Shown here one piece after another: positions 17,197-26,594 of a stretch of 41,527 bases of DNA. This DNA comes from a virus. Taxonomy: Duplodnaviria > Caudoviricetes. The DNA is taken from positions 1 to 41,527 of the IMG/VR virus record IMGVR_UViG_3300033067_001876. One strand, written 5' to 3'. Position 1 is the stretch's first letter, and each line of letters starts with the position of its first letter. A model generated the notes under the pieces. It worked only from the letters and a program-made list of their open reading frames with translations, searched no databases and was not told the origin of the DNA. A program made the position numbers and the translations under genes.

Positions 17197-18275
17197 TGGC
17201 GCTGCCTCCTCTTCCTCGTCTCGACCAGATCCCGACCGTCGGGAATGCCTTCTTCCAAGGCTCCTCGGTCAACTCTCCTCCGCCTTTGCCGGCGCCTTCG
17301 GCGAAGGTGTCCTCCGCGATGGCAAAGCGCTACAACCAAGGCGAATGCCCGTCTGGTCAGCGGTGGGACGAAACTTCTCAGTCGTGCATCGACGATGGCT
17401 CTGGCGGTCCTGACGGTGGCGGCACGAAGGCGCCAGGGGGCGGAGAGCAAGCTCCGAAGAAGAACAAACAGGAGTGTCCCGCGGGTCACGAGTGGGATGC
17501 CGAACACAACGGATGCAAGGTAGCGGGAACCAACTGGGACGATGGGTGCTGGATGGACACCGACGGAAAGGTGTACTGCAAAGGCAATCCGAAGCCTTCT
17601 GGCGGGGGCGGCGGCGGCGGAGCTCCAGGTGCAGGCGGCGGCGGAACGCCCGCGGTCTCTCCGTTCAATCCGACCACGCCGAAATACGAGTTCAAGCCGT
17701 GGAAGCCTCCGGCTCAGACCCCGTTTGAGAAGAGCCTCGAGGAACAGCTCAACGAGTTCCTTGGCAACTGGGACAAGTCGGTCCCTTACACGCCCGAAGT
17801 CATCCGGAACATGAAGACGGATGCCTTCAAGACATCCTTCGGCCGGACGAACGCGAACCGCGAGGCAATCGAGTCTGACGCGGCGCGGCGCGGCGTGATG
17901 AATTCGACCGGGACCGATCGCCGGCTCGACCTCCAGCGCGCGAACGCGGAGGGGAACTTCGCCGGCGCCGAGCGTGACATCACGAACACGTCGACTGTGG
18001 CGAACTTCCAGGCGCAGATGACGAATCGGCTGGCCGCGCTCGACCGCGCTCAGGCGCACGTCAACGCGGAGCGCGAGTTCCTCATGGCGAGCGAGATGAA
18101 CGACTTCGCGCGTCAGGAGAAGCTCGCTCAGATCGCCCTCGCGTATTACAACCTTGAGCAACAGCGGTGGGGTCTGACGCAGCAGCTCAACCTCTCGAAG
18201 ACTCAGTTCAACCAGAATCTCGACTGGCAGAAGATCCTCCTTCAGTGGCAGATTGCAAACGGGCTGACGGCCTAA
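17196..18275 (+). CDS. Putative ejection/internal virion protein with Cys-rich mini-domains
   Basis: CPSGQRWDETSQSC, CPAGHEWDAEHNGC, Gly linker, AARRGVMNST followed by a Gln/Ala helical region. Confidence 0.65.
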   Translation: MALPPLPRLDQIPTVGNAFFQGSSVNSPPPLPAPSAKVSSAMAKRYNQGECPSGQRWDETSQSCIDDGSGGPDGGGTKAPGGGEQAPKKNKQECPAGHEWDAEHNGCKVAGTNWDDGCWMDTDGKVYCKGNPKPSGGGGGGGAPGAGGGGTPAVSPFNPTTPKYEFKPWKPPAQTPFEKSLEEQLNEFLGNWDKSVPYTPEVIRNMKTDAFKTSFGRTNANREAIESDAARRGVMNSTGTDRRLDLQRANAEGNFAGAERDITNTSTVANFQAQMTNRLAALDRAQAHVNAEREFLMASEMNDFARQEKLAQIALAYYNLEQQRWGLTQQLNLSKTQFNQNLDWQKILLQWQIANGLTA

Positions 18276-18289
18276 AGGCGGGAATCAAC

Positions 18290-18754
18290 ATGATCAATCC
18301 ATTGACCCTTCTCGCGATTACGAGCGCTGCGAAGAACATCTTCGGGTCGGTCGCGAAAAAGAAACAGGCGGACAAGGCTCAGGACCTCGAGGAACAGAAG
18401 TACAACGACCAGATTCAGACCTACATGGCCGAGCAACAGAAGGCCGAGGACGAGCGACAGGCTCGCGTGCGTCTCATCACGACGTTTGCCAAGGCGAACG
18501 GTCTCGACTCCGCTCTGACGCCGGAAATGATGGCGCTCGTCGAGAAGCGGCGAGAGCCCGTCGCCCCGCCTCCCTACCGAAAGGGCGGAACGCCCGGGTT
18601 CGGGTGGGATCTTGCCGGAATCGTCGCCGACTCTGCCGCTTCGATCTACGGCGCCGCGAAGGCTCCGAAAAAGAAGATGAAGATGCTTTCTCCTTCGACG
18701 TCGCTTCTGCCCCAAAATTCTATGGTTAGTTTCCCGAGCATGAACCTGGGCTGA
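18290..18754 (+). CDS. Putative internal virion (ejection) protein
   Basis: ATG 18290; hydrophobic N-terminus followed by coiled coil. Confidence 0.6.
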   Translation: MINPLTLLAITSAAKNIFGSVAKKKQADKAQDLEEQKYNDQIQTYMAEQQKAEDERQARVRLITTFAKANGLDSALTPEMMALVEKRREPVAPPPYRKGGTPGFGWDLAGIVADSAASIYGAAKAPKKKMKMLSPSTSLLPQNSMVSFPSMNLG

Positions 18755-19629
18755 TGGGAAACGCTCTCTCGTGGTTCAAGGAGTACGCGCTCCGGAGCCA
18801 GACGGCGGACGCCCTCGCGGGGGTGAAGGAACAGGCTCACGCTGACGCCTCGCAGATGCTTGGCGCCCTTCAGGAGCGTCAGTGGAACGTCGAGGACCAG
18901 ACTGCGAAAGCGGACACGCTGCTTGCGAACGAAGAGATTCAGCAAGCTGGCCTGACCGAGCGCGAACGGATTCAGGAGCGAATCAAGGCTGCGGAGCGGG
19001 CGGCGGCGTTCACTCGTCAGCGTGGAACCGATCTCAACACCGACATCGACAACCTGTGGAAGATCACGGACGAGAAGGCTGTAGATGAATTCGTGAACGC
19101 TCTCCGCGGGATGGGCCGCGAGATCCCCGAAGGCATCGCCACGGCGAAGCGCGGCGCTCTCCAGGCTGCCAGGGAAGCAAAGACGAAGGATGAGACCGAG
19201 AAGGCGACCGCGGATAGCCTGCGCTTCGGAGCGGGCCTCAGCACCGAGGCCGCGGTGAGAAGTTGGTTGAAGTCGAATCCCGAGCTCGCGAAGGATCCAA
19301 GGGCGCAAGCTCTCATCCTCGATGCGAAGGCGAAGGACGCTGAACGCTACCTTCGGAATCGCGAGAAGCCGGAGAAGCCGGAAGTAGGAGAAAAGCCTTT
19401 GACTCCGGAAGCGCGTCTTTCCTACGAAAAGCGGTTCGACGATCTTGAAGACATGCGGTACGGGCTCAAGCCTGGAGATCCGAGGCTGAAGCGAATCAAC
19501 GACCAACAGCGTGAAATCAAAAGGATGCTTGCGGTTCGTCCGATGTCTGGGGGTGGCGTCACAGGCTCTGCACTGGCCAACAAGCTCATAGAGATCATGA
19601 ACCGCCCGACGCCCGGGGCTCGTCCGTGA
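18754..19629 (+). CDS. Putative ejection protein
   Basis: Helical, charged, 291 aa; TGATG coupling. Confidence 0.6.
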   Translation: MGNALSWFKEYALRSQTADALAGVKEQAHADASQMLGALQERQWNVEDQTAKADTLLANEEIQQAGLTERERIQERIKAAERAAAFTRQRGTDLNTDIDNLWKITDEKAVDEFVNALRGMGREIPEGIATAKRGALQAAREAKTKDETEKATADSLRFGAGLSTEAAVRSWLKSNPELAKDPRAQALILDAKAKDAERYLRNREKPEKPEVGEKPLTPEARLSYEKRFDDLEDMRYGLKPGDPRLKRINDQQREIKRMLAVRPMSGGGVTGSALANKLIEIMNRPTPGARP

Positions 19630-22600
19630 ACTGGCGGGACATAGCGAAGAAGCTCCGCGCCTACGCTCCTCCTGAGCTTCTGTCTGAATTTGAGGTCCCT
19701 GATGGGGCCTCTGACTCCGAGCTGGTCGACGCCGTATTCAAGAAAGTGCCGGAGTTCCGACAGGCTTCAGGCGTCGACGAGAACGACCTCAAGGCGGATA
19801 TCCAGAAGTGGGGGCAGCTGCGCGCCGACCGCGAGCAGGCGCGTCTGCTGGGCGGAGCCGCTCGTGACACGCGACGCGCGTTCCAGGCCGGCACGGAGAT
19901 GGGATCGTTCCCGCTGAATGAGGGGCTGAGGGCGGCCGGGAAGATCGGGCCCGAAGAGAACCTTTCGGACGTGGCGAGCGAGGTGGCGGGCGGTGGGGCT
20001 AAGGGCGCAGCCGCGGGAGCGATCACGAGCGTGCTCACGGACCCAACGTCCCTGATCGGAGCCGGTGCCGCGACTCGTCTGGGTGCGGCTGCGAAAGCGA
20101 GCCCGACAGCGGCGAAGGCTCTCAGCGGTGTTGTGCTCGGCGCTTTGGCGAGCCAGAACTACCAGCTTTACAAGGTCGGGCTCGAGAAAGGGTTCACGTC
20201 TCCTGAGTTCGAGGCGGCGGCGGCGGCGGCAAACGCTGGTCTTGTGGCGAGCGCTGCGCTCGGGAACCCGCGGGCGGTCCTAGAGGGCGGGCGTGGGCTG
20301 GTTCGAGAGGGACTCGTCAAGACGCTGGATCGGACGCCGATGCCGGTGCCTGAGCGGGTGACTCCGCCTCTTGAGGTTGTCGACAGGAACCCGATCGCGT
20401 TCCTTGGAGAGCCGTCCGCGCCCCAGGTCTCGAACGCTGCGAGGCTCAAGGCTCTGAAGGATGCAGAGATATACGCGAAGGCGCGGGCCGGCATCGGAGA
20501 GTCGCGGGCCCGCGCCGAGGCCGCGCGGGCTGCCGCTGAGTTCCAGGATGCGACAAACCCGCTCGCGGCTCTTGGTGCTCCAACGGAGCGGCGGAGCATG
20601 GCTGGCGCGATGGCTCCGGTCGACCTTGTCCCCACTCCCGATCGGATGCAAGCCTTGCGGAATGCGGAAATCTACGCGAAGGCGCGTGCCGAACGACGTT
20701 CGATGGATCTTCAAAGGCAGAAGGATCTCGAGGAGGCATTCGCGAGTGTCGACCCCGACTCGGTAGTGCTGAGAGGAGAGATCCTCGGACAGCTGACTCC
20801 GCCGAAGCCTAAGCCTCCTCAGAAGACGCTGTTTTCTGGCGGCAAAAACAACATCACGGAGCTGACACCCGCGGAACTTGAGGCGCGGGATATCGCCATC
20901 AAGGAGCTGGAGCGGGATGTCATGGACATCGACGCTTTGACTCCGGACGCTCCGACCGTCAAGCGGATCGGCGACACGCCGCGCGCCTACGAGCACGGGC
21001 TCCCCGAAGATCGGCTCCCCATCGTCGACAACAGCATCGCGGCGCTCGAGTCCGACGTGGACACGCTGAAGCAGGCGCCGAAGACGCCGACGCTCTACCA
21101 GCGGATCAAGAACCTCGGGAAAATCCACATCGACGACTTCAAGGATGCGACCGGACTCGAGTCGAAGGACATCCCGAAGAAGTATCGAGATATGTTCCGG
21201 CACTCCGGCGAGCGGAACTTCGACCGAATCATTCAGACCCTCGGGCAAGAGAGCTGGTACGACGTGGATGGCGGCCATTTCACGAACGCGACGGAACGTT
21301 TCTGGGACGACGTCTCGAAGCAGATCTCCGGAGATGACGTTTTCGGGCCCGGGGATTCGGCTCTCGCCGAGGCGCGGAACCGAATCGAGGACATCGCCGG
21401 ACGGGTGGGCGTCTCCAGGGGGAAACTAATCGAAGCTCTCCAGAAGCGAGACGGGAACCCGATCGAGCGCCGGTTCAATGAGGTGGTCGCCAAAAACGAC
21501 CCCTATGACATCGAAGGTCAGATGATGGCGTCGGAGAACCCCGACTCGCCTCCTGAGTTCGGCGGTGAGGACGGCTTCGACCCGACGACGTTCGAAGACG
21601 AAGGGTATGGGCACATGAGCCTCAAGAAGCCTCGCAAGCCGGTTCCGTACTCTCGGAACCCCGAGGTGAACGCTGCGGTCGACAGGATCGGCGGCCCGCA
21701 GGTGGCGCGCGACCTGGGTCTTCAGTGGAACAGCGTCACGTCGGGCCCGAAGGCGGAGAAGCTGCCCGGGGTGACGGAGACGCAGATCCGCGGGCTGAAT
21801 GCCGAGATGCTGGCGGATCCGACCATCCGCACGTTCGATGAGACGCCCGCGCCCGTCCCGGGGATTCCTCCGGAGGCGGTGGCGATCGGCCGCGAGAAGG
21901 GATTCAGTTCTCCGGAGTTCAGGGCGGCGATCAAGGCTGCCGCACCGCCTCCTCCCGTGGCGCCCGTCGGTGCTGGCGAAGCCGCGAAGCCGAGTCGGCT
22001 GCCCGAGTACGACGGGAAGGAGTGGTCCGTAGAGCGCCCGATGCAGGAGGGCACTACGTTCGCCGGTAAGGCTGTAGACGTGGTTCGAGAACAGGCTCGG
22101 ACGGCGAAGAGCCTCTTGAAGCGTCATCGTCTCGCAAAGACGGCGGACACCATCGATCAGATCGCATGGCACGCCGACGACCAGATTCAGAAGGCTCGCA
22201 CTGCCGAAGACAAGCTGCGCGCGCTGGGCGCCACGGAGAAGGACTTCGCGGAGCGGGCCCGTCTCGTCGAGGCCGGCGAGAAACCGACGGACCCTCGGCT
22301 GAAGCAGATCGACGAGATCCTGACGGCGGAATTGGATCGGACGCATCAAGTGGCGATCGAAAAGGATCCGCTCGGCGCCGCGCCGTGGGAGCCGAACTAC
22401 CATCCGAGGACCGGCGTCGCCCAGGACGCCGTCAAGCCGGTCTTCTCCGCCCAGGACTACCAGAACCCGCTCGACATCATCGCCTCTCACCGCGCCGCGT
22501 CGCTTTCGAAGACGCGCAAGGTGAACGCGACGGACATGGATGCGGAAGCCTTCACGAAGCCGATCACGGATCCTGAGAAGATCTACGAGATCCTACGGAC

Positions 22601-24248
22601 GCGCGCGCGGACTGCCGGAGCGCTGATCGGTGGAGCTCAAAAACCGCGGACGCCGGAGAACTATCCGTCGCTCTGGGGCGCGATTCTGGACGACCAGCGG
22701 CGGAAGCTGCTGGGGGCGAAGGCCGCGAAAGCCGGGAAGGCGCTTACCGAAGGGCAGTCGCTACAGGCGGAGAAGAAGGCGAAGGAGGTCTTCGACGCGA
22801 TTCAGCTCCCCGATGTCTTCGAGAGTGTCGCAAAGGACACAGGCGACCCGTGGCACAAGATCCTGAAGAACGAGGCGGCGATCAAGGCGGCGAACTCAGT
22901 GATCCGCGGCCGGGATGCGATGGATCCGACCGCGCGTACGATCGCGGAGGGTGCGAAGTCCGTCGCGGCGTTCACTCAGCTGGGCATGGCGGCGCCGCTG
23001 AACCTCATGGGCGTCGCCCACGCCGGCCCGATGGCTCACGACATCGTAAAGGGCGCCGGGAAAGGAGAGCTGGCCGCGCAGGCGGCCGGATCCGCGACCA
23101 TGCTCAAAGCGCTCGGACTGACCGCCAAGGCGAGCGCCCAGGACATCGCGGCGGCGATCAAGAGGCTGGGGGGCTCGAAGGAACTGAGCCCGTCTCAGCT
23201 CGAATTTGGACGTTCTGGGGCCGGATTGAACATTGCACGCCGAGCGGTGCAATTCCTCGATCGAAACGCGCGGAAGGGCGTGGCCGATGCGCTCGAGCCG
23301 TTGATCCCGATGATGAGGCCGGAGACGTTGAAGTACATCGACCGCGGGCTCGAGGGTGGTCTCTCGAACCCGAAGAACGTCGAGATCATCCGGAAGGAGC
23401 TTTCCGCGCGCACCCAGGGGTCGGGCACGTCTGCGGATCGGCTCTTGCCGACCGGGAACGCCTTCGTGGACCTTTATCGAGAACTGGCGATGCAGTACAC
23501 CGGTCCTTCGCTCAGGCAGGCTGAGACAGCGTTCCCGCGCATTGCGACCCCAGGCGCCGCGGCCCTGGGCCTCGTCGGCGCGGCCGGAGTCGGAGAGATG
23601 GTGCAGGACATGCGCGCGGTTGGATACGGGACCGGGATCAATGCTGGTGGAGAAGAGACGTTCGACCAGACAAACCCGGGCGCCGATGGATTCGAGTGGG
23701 CATCGAACCGAATGAAGAAGGTTCTGTCCAAGGATCGGGCGGCGGAACCGATCGCGCGTCTGATCCAGAACATCCTTCCCGGGCTCCCTGGCGGTCAGGC
23801 GCTCGCTCAGATTCCGGCCTACAACGATATCCCCGTGGTCGGTGCGCTGGCGGGCGGGGCGGTCACTCCTGTGGCATCGCAGGCGGCACTCATCAAACGG
23901 GCGGTGGACTTGGCACGTGAAACGGGCGACTGGCGCGCGATACTGGCGGTGGCGAACTATCCAGGCCTCGGCCGCGAATGGCTGAAAGTGGTGAAGTACG
24001 AGGACGAGAAACGACGCGCGCGGAAGGCCGGAACCGACTCCGCGAAGCTCGGACTTGGACAGATGCCTCAAAATAGTGGCTGGCCTGTGAAGATCGACCA
24101 AGTTATCGACGGGAAAATCAGCGTGGACGACGCGCTTCGGTACGTCTTCGGCTCTGGTGGGCCGAGCCTCCCGATCGAGAAGCGGGCGAACACATACCGG
24201 AAGGCCGCCGAAGCGGCAAAGGCGAAGAGAGAAAAGGCGAAGAGGTAA
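19626..24248 (+). CDS. Large internal virion / DNA ejection protein
   Basis: 1540 aa, Ala/Gly-rich helical, no Cys; position equivalent to podovirus gp16-like proteins. Confidence 0.7.
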   Translation: MNWRDIAKKLRAYAPPELLSEFEVPDGASDSELVDAVFKKVPEFRQASGVDENDLKADIQKWGQLRADREQARLLGGAARDTRRAFQAGTEMGSFPLNEGLRAAGKIGPEENLSDVASEVAGGGAKGAAAGAITSVLTDPTSLIGAGAATRLGAAAKASPTAAKALSGVVLGALASQNYQLYKVGLEKGFTSPEFEAAAAAANAGLVASAALGNPRAVLEGGRGLVREGLVKTLDRTPMPVPERVTPPLEVVDRNPIAFLGEPSAPQVSNAARLKALKDAEIYAKARAGIGESRARAEAARAAAEFQDATNPLAALGAPTERRSMAGAMAPVDLVPTPDRMQALRNAEIYAKARAERRSMDLQRQKDLEEAFASVDPDSVVLRGEILGQLTPPKPKPPQKTLFSGGKNNITELTPAELEARDIAIKELERDVMDIDALTPDAPTVKRIGDTPRAYEHGLPEDRLPIVDNSIAALESDVDTLKQAPKTPTLYQRIKNLGKIHIDDFKDATGLESKDIPKKYRDMFRHSGERNFDRIIQTLGQESWYDVDGGHFTNATERFWDDVSKQISGDDVFGPGDSALAEARNRIEDIAGRVGVSRGKLIEALQKRDGNPIERRFNEVVAKNDPYDIEGQMMASENPDSPPEFGGEDGFDPTTFEDEGYGHMSLKKPRKPVPYSRNPEVNAAVDRIGGPQVARDLGLQWNSVTSGPKAEKLPGVTETQIRGLNAEMLADPTIRTFDETPAPVPGIPPEAVAIGREKGFSSPEFRAAIKAAAPPPPVAPVGAGEAAKPSRLPEYDGKEWSVERPMQEGTTFAGKAVDVVREQARTAKSLLKRHRLAKTADTIDQIAWHADDQIQKARTAEDKLRALGATEKDFAERARLVEAGEKPTDPRLKQIDEILTAELDRTHQVAIEKDPLGAAPWEPNYHPRTGVAQDAVKPVFSAQDYQNPLDIIASHRAASLSKTRKVNATDMDAEAFTKPITDPEKIYEILRTRARTAGALIGGAQKPRTPENYPSLWGAILDDQRRKLLGAKAAKAGKALTEGQSLQAEKKAKEVFDAIQLPDVFESVAKDTGDPWHKILKNEAAIKAANSVIRGRDAMDPTARTIAEGAKSVAAFTQLGMAAPLNLMGVAHAGPMAHDIVKGAGKGELAAQAAGSATMLKALGLTAKASAQDIAAAIKRLGGSKELSPSQLEFGRSGAGLNIARRAVQFLDRNARKGVADALEPLIPMMRPETLKYIDRGLEGGLSNPKNVEIIRKELSARTQGSGTSADRLLPTGNAFVDLYRELAMQYTGPSLRQAETAFPRIATPGAAALGLVGAAGVGEMVQDMRAVGYGTGINAGGEETFDQTNPGADGFEWASNRMKKVLSKDRAAEPIARLIQNILPGLPGGQALAQIPAYNDIPVVGALAGGAVTPVASQAALIKRAVDLARETGDWRAILAVANYPGLGREWLKVVKYEDEKRRARKAGTDSAKLGLGQMPQNSGWPVKIDQVIDGKISVDDALRYVFGSGGPSLPIEKRANTYRKAAEAAKAKREKAKR

Positions 24249-24254
24249 AGGCCA

Positions 24255-24905
24255 ATGATTGAGAATTTCACGCGCGTCGTCGGGCTCCTGCGAAAGCATG
24301 ACCTCACCGTCGGCACGAAAAACGCCTACTACCTGTATTCCGGAACGCCTTTCGGGTTCTACCAGCCGCGGGTCATGGACATCGGGCTCTCCACGTCGGG
24401 CTCGAGCACGACCATCTCGACGAACGGGACTCTGAAGCTCCCTACCTCGCTCTTGGCCGGCTCGGTGATCTACGTCAAGACGGGGCTCTTCAACGGTCTG
24501 GCGCCCCTCGTGGCCGGCGACGCGACCCCGACTCGCTGGGAAGAGCGCACGGTCGTGAGCCGCCCAGACGACTATTCGATGGTCGTCAACGACGCTATCG
24601 ACATCGCCGAAGAGACGGAGTGTTTCGCCTACCGAGTGCTCCTCACTGGGGATGCGTCGGACGAGGGCTGGATCGGAACCGGGAACGTCCGCGAGCGAGT
24701 GTTCATGTGTCAGGTGCACAGTGGCGGCCCGGTCAACGTCGAGATCTGGCAGAAGACGGGCGAAGCCGAGGTTATGATCGACTCGTTCTCAGTCGCCGAC
24801 GGGGTGACAAAGGTTTACGGGGGCGTCGCGGACTTCACCCGCGTCGTCTTCGATGCTCCGGTGGCGGTCAACGTCTCGGCGTCACTCGTGAATCGAAGGT
24901 ATTGA
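24255..24905 (+). CDS. Beta-rich virion protein, signal-less paralog of 25758-26594
   Basis: Collinear similarity seen by eye. Confidence 0.6.
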   Translation: MIENFTRVVGLLRKHDLTVGTKNAYYLYSGTPFGFYQPRVMDIGLSTSGSSTTISTNGTLKLPTSLLAGSVIYVKTGLFNGLAPLVAGDATPTRWEERTVVSRPDDYSMVVNDAIDIAEETECFAYRVLLTGDASDEGWIGTGNVRERVFMCQVHSGGPVNVEIWQKTGEAEVMIDSFSVADGVTKVYGGVADFTRVVFDAPVAVNVSASLVNRRY

Positions 24906-24910
24906 AACCC

Positions 24911-25417
24911 ATGCGGAAAGTTCTGGTCTTCGCCCCTGCTCTGGTCCTCCTGGCGGTCTCCTGCAAGACGGACTACACCATCAACGGTAACGGGAACATC
25001 TTCGGGAACAACAACGGGCCTTCTGCGGTCCCGTCCGTTTCCGTGACTCCGGCTCCGTCGCCGTCGGTCTCGCCGACCGTGGCGCCCTCTCCGGTCCCTC
25101 TGGCGTGCTCTCTGCCTCCTTCGGCCGCGGCGTCCTGCCGTGTCATGTCGGACGACGAGAAGCTCGTCTATCGGGTGATCGGAGTTCAGACCACGATCCC
25201 GCTGTCGATCAATACCGAAGGCGCCTATGTGGCCGCGCTTGTGGCCGCGCTCAACAAGGCTGGGATCTGCGCCTCGGGTGGCGCCTCGGCCGGCCTGCCG
25301 AGCGATGAGATCGCGGTCAAGGTCGACAACGCGAAAAGTGAGACTTACGACGTGTGGAACGCGAGCAACGTTCCCCAGACGCTCTATCAGAGCACGTGCT
25401 ATCCGGCTCGGTTCTGA
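24911..25417 (+). CDS. Lipoprotein
   Basis: MRKVLVFAPALVLLAVS|C lipobox, Pro/Ser linker, 4 further Cys. Confidence 0.75.
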   Translation: MRKVLVFAPALVLLAVSCKTDYTINGNGNIFGNNNGPSAVPSVSVTPAPSPSVSPTVAPSPVPLACSLPPSAAASCRVMSDDEKLVYRVIGVQTTIPLSINTEGAYVAALVAALNKAGICASGGASAGLPSDEIAVKVDNAKSETYDVWNASNVPQTLYQSTCYPARF

Positions 25418-25761
25418 TGGGACTGAAAGACAAGCTGAAACTCATCCTCGCGCTCAGGAAGCTCGAGGGCTATTGGAAAGGTGGTCCCGTGAACGGTTTC
25501 GATCCTCGCATCTCACTAAAAAAGGGTCTCATGTCGCTCCTCCGGATGATTGCCGCGGCGGTCATCTTCGGGATCGTCTCCGTGGCGACCGACTCCGCGG
25601 CGGTGACGAAGGCCTTCGCGTCGGCTGGCGTCCCTGAAGCGATCTCCGCGCTGTTCGCAATGGGGATCGTGGCGGCCGGCAAGGCTCTGGCGAATGCTTG
25701 GACTCACGTCCTCGACCCCACGGAGACGGTCCCTCCTTCGACGTCTCAGGAGGGCAAGTGA
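25417..25761 (+). CDS. Holin-like membrane protein
   Basis: 114 aa, basic N-terminus, two hydrophobic helices. Confidence 0.55.
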   Translation: MGLKDKLKLILALRKLEGYWKGGPVNGFDPRISLKKGLMSLLRMIAAAVIFGIVSVATDSAAVTKAFASAGVPEAISALFAMGIVAAGKALANAWTHVLDPTETVPPSTSQEGK

Positions 25762-26594
25762 GCAATACGGTCATCGACGTGAAAATCACTGCCTTCATCG
25801 CGTCGCGCCCGTGGCTCAAGATGATCCTAGTCGCGGCGTCATTTGTGATGGGCGCCGGTCGGGCTCGCGGATGGTTCGCGCAGAAGTACGGGATCGGCCT
25901 ACTGCTGGCGTTCCTGGCTGTGCCTCAGGCATTCGCTGCCGGCGCGGTCAAGCGGGTGGAGCTCTACGCCTACAACCTGAACGCGACCACGGAGACGTTC
26001 TTCGTCCTCGGGCCCTCTCCAGGGACAGACGGGACGGCTCTGATTCAGGCGACAGCCTCAACGACCGTGACCGCAGTTTCTGGGACCCCGTTCGCCTCGA
26101 TCTCGGTCGGTGACTCGCTCACGATCACGAACAGCGACGGCGTCGTCTACACGCGCGCGGTCCATGCGAAGGCGTCCTCGACGTCGATCACGGTCGACCA
26201 GTCGCTCACGCTGACGAACGCCTCTTTCAAGTGGCGGAAGCTCTCGAGCGGGACCACGGCGGCCTATGGATCGTTCCCCGTGGACGATCTGACGGCGTTC
26301 ACGGTCCAGGTGTCGGTCGAACAGATGGTCGTTGCCTCTGGCGGAATCAGCATCCGACTGCAGTGCCGAGCGAACCCGTCCGCGGCATGGGCTCCGGCCT
26401 TCCCGACGTCGACGCCTCCCGCGGACAATACGCCGTTCACTGCCACGACTACGGGCGCCCACACCATGTCGACCTCCGGATCGTTTGACTCATGTCGCGT
26501 GGGGCTGAAACTCTCGGGAAGCGATGATGCGTCCGGAGATGCCGGCTCGAACGCGGAGCGGGTGTTCATCTACGTTGTCGGAGGTCCTCGATGA
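25758..26594 (+). CDS. Exported beta-rich protein (long signal region)
   Basis: GTG with AGGAGG RBS; hydrophobic segments ending GIGLLLAFLAVPQAFA|AG; 2 Cys. Confidence 0.7.
   Translation: MSNTVIDVKITAFIASRPWLKMILVAASFVMGAGRARGWFAQKYGIGLLLAFLAVPQAFAAGAVKRVELYAYNLNATTETFFVLGPSPGTDGTALIQATASTTVTAVSGTPFASISVGDSLTITNSDGVVYTRAVHAKASSTSITVDQSLTLTNASFKWRKLSSGTTAAYGSFPVDDLTAFTVQVSVEQMVVASGGISIRLQCRANPSAAWAPAFPTSTPPADNTPFTATTTGAHTMSTSGSFDSCRVGLKLSGSDDASGDAGSNAERVFIYVVGGPR

Noticed and set aside
19626-24248. Virion RNA polymerase
   Set aside because: No DxDGD or T7-type catalytic motifs seen; composition fits an ejection protein
22896-24719. 607-aa minus-strand ORF and similar long antisense ORFs (e.g. 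38851-40089, 29655-30851, 10376-11419)
   Set aside because: Arg/His/Val-rich shadows of high-GC coding strands, with no motifs or RBS
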